Positions 57,638 to 64,000 of a stretch of 64,000 bases of DNA are shown piece by piece (the stretch's first letter is position 1; each line of letters opens with the position of its first letter). Origin of the DNA: an uncultured Aminicenantes bacterium (GTDB lineage: Bacteria; Acidobacteriota; Aminicenantia; UBA2199); assembly GCA_965195285.1 (NCBI GenBank), contig CBDAFS010000030.1, forward strand, positions 18,967-82,966, written 5' to 3'. A program made the position numbers and the translations under genes. The notes beneath the pieces are model-generated. The model saw only the letters and a program-made list of their open reading frames with translations. It was not told the DNA's origin and searched no databases.

Positions 57638-58183
57638 TTATCCGAAAGGCATGCCCAGATGCTTTAATAGTATCATGCCCTGATCGTTTGATTTTGCCGA
57701 AGTTACAAACGTAATAGACATTCCCTGGGTCCTTTCAACCTTACTGTAATTGATCTCAGGAAAAACCAGCTGATCCTTCATGGCCAGTGTATAATTCCCA
57801 CTCCCGTCAAAAGACCGGCTTGCCAAACCCCGAAAGTCCTTGATGCGGGGGATGACGATATCCACCATTCTTTCAAAGAATTCATACATCCGCTTGCCTC
57901 TCAGGGTTACGGAAGCAGCAATCGGCATCCCTTCCCTGACCCTGAACTGGGCAATGGATTTTTTGGCCCTCCTGATTACCGGCTTTTGACCGGTTATGAT
58001 TGCCAGTTCTTCCATGACTTTGTCCAGCACCTTGATATTCTGGGTTGCTTCCCCAACCCCCGAATTCACCACAATCTTTTCCAGACGGGGAACCATCATT
58101 ATATTTTTCAGTTTTAGCTTTTTTTTCAGTTCTGGGCGTATCTCTTTGTTGAACTTTTCTTTTAAATCGATCATCTTCGTCAT
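57638..58183 (-). CDS. rplE: 50S ribosomal protein L5
   Basis: PRLEKIV.N.GVG, ITGQKP, PRI.DFRG. Confidence 0.97.
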   Translation of the reverse strand: MTKMIDLKEKFNKEIRPELKKKLKLKNIMMVPRLEKIVVNSGVGEATQNIKVLDKVMEELAIITGQKPVIRRAKKSIAQFRVREGMPIAASVTLRGKRMYEFFERMVDIVIPRIKDFRGLASRSFDGSGNYTLAMKDQLVFPEINYSKVERTQGMSITFVTSAKSNDQGMILLKHLGMPFG

Positions 58184-58191
58184 CTTTTCTC

Positions 58192-58518
58192 CTAATCAAT
58201 CACAGTCTCACATTTTTTGCATATTCGCTGTTTTTTATCTCCGATATTTTTATAACCGATTCGAATCCCCTGCTCACATTCCTTGCAGTAATACATCACG
58301 CTGGCCATGGGAATTGATCCCTCTTTTTCCACGATACCACCCTTGATATTTTTTTGGGGATTGGGCCGTACATATTCTTTTACCATATGAATTTTTTCTA
58401 CCACCAGCCGGTTCTTCTCAGTCAAAATTTTCAGAATTTTCCCGGTTTTTCCCCTTTCCTGCTTTTTGCCCCGCACCACTACCACCAGATCATTTTTCTT
58501 CAATTTCAATTTCTTCAT
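58192..58518 (-). CDS. rplX: 50S ribosomal protein L24
   Basis: KOW motif, GGIVEKE; operon position. Confidence 0.95.
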   Translation of the reverse strand: MKKLKLKKNDLVVVVRGKKQERGKTGKILKILTEKNRLVVEKIHMVKEYVRPNPQKNIKGGIVEKEGSIPMASVMYYCKECEQGIRIGYKNIGDKKQRICKKCETVID

Positions 58519-58887
58519 CTAAATCACCTCGGGGGCCAAAGATATGATTTTCATGAAATGCTTCTCCCGCAACTCCCTGGCAACCGGTCCAAACACCCGA
58601 GTACCAATGGGCTCACCCTGTCGGTCAATGACCACCATGGCATTGTCGGAAAATCTGATATAGGAGCCGTCCCGCCGCCTCACTTCCTTACAGGTCCGGA
58701 CCACCACACCCCGAATCACCTCGCCTTTTCTTATTTTTGAATTGGGTTCGGCAACCTTGACCGTTCCGACGAATATATCGCCCACTCTGGCAATCTTACC
58801 GACACCTCCGCCCAAAGCCCTGATAAACATGACTTCCTTGGCGCCGGAATTATCAGCCACCTTCAATCGGGTTTGCATCTGTATCAT
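58519..58887 (-). CDS. rplN: 50S ribosomal protein L14
   Basis: [24 protein letters not shown]. Confidence 0.97.
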   Translation of the reverse strand: MIQMQTRLKVADNSGAKEVMFIRALGGGVGKIARVGDIFVGTVKVAEPNSKIRKGEVIRGVVVRTCKEVRRRDGSYIRFSDNAMVVIDRQGEPIGTRVFGPVARELREKHFMKIISLAPEVI

Positions 58888-59195
58888 TTTATTACCTCAT
58901 CTTCCAAAATCAATTCCTCTTCTCCCTGAACCGTTCTTAAAATATCCAGTACCATCCATCTTTTCCGTTTACTGATCGGTCGAACCAGTTGAATACGAAC
59001 CACATCTCCAGGCTTGCACTTGTTTTTTTCATCGTGGGCAAGGTATTTTTTCTTTTTTCTAACGATTTTCTTATAGACGGGATGACTAAATATTCTCTGC
59101 ACATCAACCGAAACGGTTTTGTCCGCATCGGCAGATACGACAATACCGGTCATGGTTGTTTTGACCTGTTTGGTTTCTTCAGGATTGTTTTTCAT
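58884..59195 (-). CDS. rpsQ: 30S ribosomal protein S17
   Basis: G.VVS...KT, HP.Y.K, AHDE.N, RPISK.K.W. Confidence 0.96.
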   Translation of the reverse strand: MKNNPEETKQVKTTMTGIVVSADADKTVSVDVQRIFSHPVYKKIVRKKKKYLAHDEKNKCKPGDVVRIQLVRPISKRKRWMVLDILRTVQGEEELILEDEVIK

Positions 59196-59391
59196 TGTTG
59201 GACCCCTTTTCAGAAAGAATGGTTAATAATTGGGCGATATTACGCCTGGTATTTCCCAGTTTATGGGGGTTATCGGACTGGCCCAATGATTTCTGAATCT
59301 TCTGTTTGAACAGCTTGTCACGTAACTCCACTAATTTGTTATTGATTTCATCACGAGTCATTGACCGTATATCCTTTATTTTCATATTCAA
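59179..59391 (-). CDS. rpmC: 50S ribosomal protein L29
   Basis: Size, RRNIA.L.T motif, operon position. Confidence 0.93.
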   Translation of the reverse strand: MNMKIKDIRSMTRDEINNKLVELRDKLFKQKIQKSLGQSDNPHKLGNTRRNIAQLLTILSEKGSNNEKQS

Positions 59392-59397
59392 TGCTCC

Positions 59398-59808
59398 TTA
59401 TTTATTCCGTTGGATAACCCGGGTCTTGACCGCTAGTTTGGCCTGAGCCAATCTCATGGCTTCCTTGGCAATGTCTTCCGAAACACCTTCCAACTCATAT
59501 ATAATTTTTCCCCGCTTGACCACATCTACCCAAAACTCCGGATCTCCCTTTCCTTTTCCCATTCTGACCTCAATGGGTTTTGAGGTAACCGGTTTGTAGG
59601 GAAACAGGCGGATCCATAATTTTCCACTTCTTTTAATATATCGGTTAATGGCAACTCGTCCGGCTTCAATCTGTCTGGCCGTAATCCAGCAGTTCTCAAG
59701 TACCTGGAGACCGTATTCACCAAAAACCAGGTAATTTCCTTTGGTTGCCTTACCTTTGCGCTTTCCTCTGAATACCTTCCGGTGTTTGACTTTTGCTGGC
59801 ATTAACAT
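59398..59808 (-). CDS. rplP: 50S ribosomal protein L16
   Basis: ML.P..VK.RK, RQIEA.R, RMGKGKG. Confidence 0.97.
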   Translation of the reverse strand: MLMPAKVKHRKVFRGKRKGKATKGNYLVFGEYGLQVLENCWITARQIEAGRVAINRYIKRSGKLWIRLFPYKPVTSKPIEVRMGKGKGDPEFWVDVVKRGKIIYELEGVSEDIAKEAMRLAQAKLAVKTRVIQRNK

Positions 59809-59810
59809 TT

Positions 59811-60494
59811 TTATTCTCCCTTTTCTTCTATCTGAATGGACTGCTTTTTAAATCTTTCCTTGTCTTTATCGGCTGAATACACCCATACTTTAATTCCAAT
59901 CTGTCCGTAATCGGTAAAGGCCTCGGTAAAACCATAATCAATATCAGCTCTCAGGGTTTGAAGGGGCAGCTTCCCCACCAGATACCATTCGGAGCGGGCG
60001 ATTTCAGCACCACCCAATCGGCCGGAAACCTTGATCTTGATTCCGGTGGCCCCTGCTCTCAATGAAGAATCGACAGCTTTTCTCATTGCCCTCCGGAAAT
60101 GGATTCTCCTTTCAATCTGATAGGCAACTCCCTCGGCCACCAATTGGGCAACCAGTTCGGGGTATTTCACTTCGATTACATCAACTAAAATCTTGTCCAC
60201 TGTCATTCCGGTCAGTTCTTTAATGGTCTTCTTGATTTCCTGAATTCCGGCCCCTCCTTTACCGATAACAATTCCCGGTCGGGCCGTATTGATTTGAACC
60301 CTGAGGGTATCAGAGATTCGCTTCAATTCGATGGATGCAATTCCAGCATGCTTGTATTTTTTCTTGACCAATTTTCTGATATTAATATCGGTATGAAACA
60401 GTTCGATATAGTTTTTACCTTTACTATACCAGAGAGACAGCCAGCCTTTATTAAAACCCAATCTGAATCCGTATGGATGTGTTTTTTGCCCCAT
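59811..60494 (-). CDS. rpsC: 30S ribosomal protein S3
   Basis: [28 protein letters not shown]. Confidence 0.97.
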   Translation of the reverse strand: MGQKTHPYGFRLGFNKGWLSLWYSKGKNYIELFHTDINIRKLVKKKYKHAGIASIELKRISDTLRVQINTARPGIVIGKGGAGIQEIKKTIKELTGMTVDKILVDVIEVKYPELVAQLVAEGVAYQIERRIHFRRAMRKAVDSSLRAGATGIKIKVSGRLGGAEIARSEWYLVGKLPLQTLRADIDYGFTEAFTDYGQIGIKVWVYSADKDKERFKKQSIQIEEKGE

Positions 60495-60504
60495 TATTTC
60501 TCCT

Positions 60505-60852
60505 TCATTTCATTTCATCAAGATATATGGTTACATGTGAATATTTTTTCAGTATTCTAACTCCTCTTCCCCGGGGAGCAGCCCTGAATCTTTTCAAAAA
60601 GGGTGCTTGACCGATAAAAATTTCTGAAATAAACAACTTATCCACATCAATATTTGGAAATTTAACCTGAGCATTGGCAATCGCTGAATTCAACACCTTG
60701 TTAATCGCATCTGCATCCTTTTTCTTTTTGGAAAACTTCAATATGGTCAGCGCTTCACCGGCATCTTTCCCTCTGATCAAATCCACCACCAATTTGCCCT
60801 TCCGGGGAGATATCTTCAGATATTTCCCTTTGGCAACCGCAACATAACCCAT
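60505..60852 (-). CDS. rplV: 50S ribosomal protein L22
   Basis: SPRK..LV.DLIRGK, SA.ANA, SH.T. Confidence 0.96.
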   Translation of the reverse strand: MGYVAVAKGKYLKISPRKGKLVVDLIRGKDAGEALTILKFSKKKKDADAINKVLNSAIANAQVKFPNIDVDKLFISEIFIGQAPFLKRFRAAPRGRGVRILKKYSHVTIYLDEMK

Positions 60853-60861
60853 GGCATCCTC

Positions 60862-61140
60862 CTATTTTTTCCCTCTGCTGTCTTTGGAAGTATGTCCCTT
60901 GTAATTTCTGGTTTCAGCAAATTCACCCAGTTTGTGTCCAACCATGTTCTCGTTGATAAAAACCGGAATGAATTTCTTTCCGTTATGAACAGCCAGCGTC
61001 AGTCCAACCATTTCAGGGATAACAGTTGATCGCCGTGACCAGGTTTTGATCACTTCCCTTTTTTCCGCCTTTCTGATTGTCATCACCTTTGTTAATAATT
61101 TCTTATCAACATAAACACCTTTTTTTATTGAGCGTGGCAT
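60862..61140 (-). CDS. rpsS: 30S ribosomal protein S19
   Basis: [21 protein letters not shown]. Confidence 0.97.
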   Translation of the reverse strand: MPRSIKKGVYVDKKLLTKVMTIRKAEKREVIKTWSRRSTVIPEMVGLTLAVHNGKKFIPVFINENMVGHKLGEFAETRNYKGHTSKDSRGKK

Positions 61141-61144
61141 CTAT

Positions 61145-61969
61145 CTACTTTCTCCTTTTTACAATAAACTTTTGGGTTCGTTTATTTCTTCTGGTTTTAT
61201 AACCTTTGGTCGGCTTACCCCAAGGAGTCACCGGGATTCGACCTCCCTTGGTTTTTCCTTCGCCCCCGCCATGCGGATGATCAATGGGATTCATGCACGT
61301 GCCCCTGACATGGGGACGTTTACCTACCCACCGGTTTCTTCCGGCCTTACCGATTTTGATATTGCCGTGTTCAACATTACCCAGTTGTCCGATGGTGGCG
61401 CGGCAGCCCAGTCTAATATTCCGCAATTCTCCGGAGGGCATCTTGATGAGGGCATAACTCCCTTCCTTGGCCATGAGTAAGGCCTGGGATCCGGCGGTTC
61501 GGGCAATCTGCCCCCCTCGGCCTTCGTACATTTCGATATTATGAATATTGGTGCCCACTGGAATTTTCTTTAAAATTAAAGAATTACCCGGCAGGATTTC
61601 AGCTTCATTGGAGGCCGAGATCACACTGTCTCCCACTTTCATCCCCACCGGGGCCAGGATATACCGTCTCTCGCCATCCGCATATTTCACCAGGGCGATC
61701 CGGGTGGTCCTGTTGGGATCATATTCAATAGATTCGATAACTCCGGGAATATCAAATTTATTCCGCTTGAAATCAATCAGTCTGTATTGTCTTTTATGGC
61801 CACCACCCCTGAACCTGATGGTAATTCTGCCCAGATTGTTCCGCCCCCCTGACTTTTTCAGGGCTACCAGCAATTTTTTATAGGGTTTGGCTTTGGTTAT
61901 CTCATCAAAAGTATAACCAGTTTTACCCCTTTGACCCGGGGTAATCGGTTTGAATGTTTTTATGCCCAT
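61145..61969 (-). CDS. rplB: 50S ribosomal protein L2
   Basis: [26 protein letters not shown]. Confidence 0.98.
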   Translation of the reverse strand: MGIKTFKPITPGQRGKTGYTFDEITKAKPYKKLLVALKKSGGRNNLGRITIRFRGGGHKRQYRLIDFKRNKFDIPGVIESIEYDPNRTTRIALVKYADGERRYILAPVGMKVGDSVISASNEAEILPGNSLILKKIPVGTNIHNIEMYEGRGGQIARTAGSQALLMAKEGSYALIKMPSGELRNIRLGCRATIGQLGNVEHGNIKIGKAGRNRWVGKRPHVRGTCMNPIDHPHGGGEGKTKGGRIPVTPWGKPTKGYKTRRNKRTQKFIVKRRK

Positions 61970-61970
61970 T

Positions 61971-62267
61971 TTACACAACCTCAAAGTATTCAATCATTTT
62001 TTCATCTTTTTTCAGTTTAATATAGGCCTTTTTCCAGGAAGGTCTTTTCCCCGAATAGCGACCAAAACGTTTCTCCTTGCCGTTAAAATTCATTACTCTG
62101 ACCCATTCAACCTTTGTCTTGAACAGATCTTCGACTGCGTTTTTGATCATGATCTTATTGGCATCCCGATGGACTTTAAAACAAAGGCATTGTTCCCTGT
62201 CCTTCAGATCTGTTGATTTTTCAGTGATAAACGGCGCAATGATGATATCGGTGTTATCCAGTTTCAT
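61971..62267 (-). CDS. rplW: 50S ribosomal protein L23
   Basis: P..TEKS, ANK..IK.AVE, WKKAY. Confidence 0.96.
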   Translation of the reverse strand: MKLDNTDIIIAPFITEKSTDLKDREQCLCFKVHRDANKIMIKNAVEDLFKTKVEWVRVMNFNGKEKRFGRYSGKRPSWKKAYIKLKKDEKMIEYFEVV

Positions 62268-62884
62268 TTGAGAACCTCCATCAGATACTTCACGGCATCT
62301 ACCGAAAACATGATGTAATTGTATTTCAAAGAATCATAGACATTTATTTCCTTGCAATCCACTGCTTTGATATTGGGGATGTTTCGGGAAGAAAGCATTA
62401 ATTCCGAATTTTCTTTTTTATCAACAATCAACATCTTGTCAAAATCGAATTTTTTGAGCAGGGTCATCGTATCTTTGGTTCTGTTAGACTCCAATTTGAT
62501 CTGGTCAACCACATAGATTTTCTCATTTCTTAATTTGTCAGATAATATGGATTTTAAAGCATTGCGTCTGGCTTTCTTCGGTGTCTGATAGGAGTAGTCC
62601 CGGGGATGAGGGCCGAATGTGACGCCACCGGATCTCCATATAGGACTTCTGATCGAACCGATCCGGGCCCTTCCGGTGCCTTTTTGCTTCCAGAGTTTAC
62701 GTCCGCTTCCGGCAACTTTCCCTCTGGTCTTGGTGGCAGCAGTACCCCTTCTTTGATTGGCCTGGAAATTTTTCACCACCTCATAAATGAGATGTTCTTT
62801 CAGGGGGTAATCAAAGATTTCCTTAGGAAATTCAATTTCACTAACCGCTGTGTTCTGTATATTCCGCACCTTGACTTTTGGCAT
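62264..62884 (-). CDS. rplD: 50S ribosomal protein L4
   Basis: QKGTGRAR.GS.RSP, FGP.PR. Confidence 0.97.
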   Translation of the reverse strand: MPKVKVRNIQNTAVSEIEFPKEIFDYPLKEHLIYEVVKNFQANQRRGTAATKTRGKVAGSGRKLWKQKGTGRARIGSIRSPIWRSGGVTFGPHPRDYSYQTPKKARRNALKSILSDKLRNEKIYVVDQIKLESNRTKDTMTLLKKFDFDKMLIVDKKENSELMLSSRNIPNIKAVDCKEINVYDSLKYNYIMFSVDAVKYLMEVLK

Positions 62885-62886
62885 CT

Positions 62887-63528
62887 CTATCTCCTTTTAA
62901 CGGAATCCTTTAAAATGGAAACATAATTCCCATTAAATCCGGGAATCGCTCCTCTGACCAGTATCAGGTTGTTTTCCGGGTCCACTTTGACTACCCGAAG
63001 CCCTTTGATGGTTTTGTTCTTTCCTCCCATCCGGCCCGGCATTTTTTTTCCCTTGATAATTTTTCCGGGATAAGCGCACATGCCCACAGAGCCGGCTCTT
63101 CGATGATGCATGGATCCATGAGTTGATTTGCCTCCGGAAAAATTCCATCTTTTCACGACTCCCTGAAATCCTTTACCCTTTGTAATCCCCACTATATTCA
63201 CTCTGTCTTTTTCTTCAAAAATATCCACTTTTACCGTATCGCCAACATTAACATTATCCGCTTCCAGAATGAATTCTCTCAGGATTCTGGTTGGGGGGAC
63301 CTTGGCTTTTTCAAAATGACCGGACATGGGCTTATTGATGTTCTTCATTTTCTTTTCCTCAACCAGCCCCAGCTGTACTCTCACCACTTCCTTTTCTTTT
63401 TCTTTCCCGGTCTTTTTCTGAACCACCAGACAGGGTCCGGCTTTGATAATAGTTACCGGAATGACCTGTCCGTCATCGGTAAATATCTGAGTCATTCCAA
63501 TTTTTTTTCCAATCATTCCCTTTATCAT
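62887..63528 (-). CDS. rplC: 50S ribosomal protein L3
   Basis: K.GMTQ.F, KGKGFQG.VKR, GKKMPG.MG. Confidence 0.97.
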   Translation of the reverse strand: MIKGMIGKKIGMTQIFTDDGQVIPVTIIKAGPCLVVQKKTGKEKEKEVVRVQLGLVEEKKMKNINKPMSGHFEKAKVPPTRILREFILEADNVNVGDTVKVDIFEEKDRVNIVGITKGKGFQGVVKRWNFSGGKSTHGSMHHRRAGSVGMCAYPGKIIKGKKMPGRMGGKNKTIKGLRVVKVDPENNLILVRGAIPGFNGNYVSILKDSVKRR

Positions 63529-63540
63529 AGTAATCACCTT

Positions 63541-63849
63541 CTAATTGGATTTCACTTCGACTTCCACTCCAGCAGGTAAATCCATCTTTTTTAATTCGGC
63601 TATGGTATCATCATTGTGTTCTAAAATTTCGATTAACCGGCAATGGGTCCTTCGTTCAAAATGCTCCCTGGATTTTTTATCGGTATGAGGTGAGCGTAAA
63701 ACGCAAAATCTTTCGATTCGGTTCGGTATCGGAATGGGACCAGCTACTTTGGCTCCGGTTCGCTTGGCTTTGGTCACGATCTCAGTGGATGATTTATCCA
63801 GAATTCGACTGTCAAAAGATTTTAACTTGATTCTTATTTTGGTATTCAT
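63541..63849 (-). CDS. rpsJ: 30S ribosomal protein S10
   Basis: IRIKLK.FD, GP.P.P, RSPH..K.SRE.FE. Confidence 0.97.
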   Translation of the reverse strand: MNTKIRIKLKSFDSRILDKSSTEIVTKAKRTGAKVAGPIPIPNRIERFCVLRSPHTDKKSREHFERRTHCRLIEILEHNDDTIAELKKMDLPAGVEVEVKSN

Positions 63850-63858
63850 GCTAATCCT

Positions 63859-64000
63859 CTATTTAATGATCTCGGTTACGGAACCGGCACCGATGGTGCG
63901 TCCGCCTTCCCGGATGGCAAACTTGAAGCCCTTCTCAATGGCAATGGTGGTGATCAATTCAATATCCAAATTCGCACTGTCTCCGGGCATGACCATTTCC
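63859..64000 (-). CDS. tuf: Elongation factor Tu (C-terminal fragment)
   Basis: Translates to EMVMPGD...[20 protein letters not shown], directly upstream of rpsJ. Confidence 0.95.
   Translation of the reverse strand, partial: EMVMPGDSANLDIELITTIAIEKGFKFAIREGGRTIGAGSVTEIIK

Overview
Bacterial chromosomal window from a diderm (TonB receptor, lipid A-type methyltransferase). A lineage such as Ca. Aminicenantes/Acidobacteriota is plausible but cannot be established from sequence alone. Layout: (1) 1-12.9 kb, a minus-strand surface-polysaccharide locus whose first ~9 kb is strongly AT-rich (Wzy-like protein, WecE, hexapeptide acyltransferase, GT2, LUD protein, flippase-like protein, CitE/MaoC pair, VanZ, bi-domain oxidoreductase, UDP-glucuronate epimerase). 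(2) 13-35 kb, an accessory region with a RAYT-family gene, two PP2C phosphatases, alpha-2-macroglobulin, a TonB receptor, a GHKL-ATPase/transglutaminase gene pair and a Ser/Thr kinase. (3) 35-49 kb, MBOAT/SGNH acylation genes, an acyl-CoA catabolic operon and envelope genes. (4) 49.4-64 kb, tRNA-Gly and the S10-spc-alpha ribosomal protein superoperon with the 3' end of tuf. The most unusual signal is non-coding and lies between 8.2 and 28.7 kb: a family of palindromic cassettes built from inverted 7-mer and 6-mer tandem repeats. Two enclose four-helix-bundle (23S-IVS/bAvd-like) genes, one is an 'empty' copy of a filled cassette, and one sits in frame inside an enzyme gene. They co-occur with GTAG-type REP doublets, a 22-23-nt-period GTCATT/AATGAC ladder element and a RAYT with a broken HUH motif. 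All product calls are by motif recognition, with no database searches.
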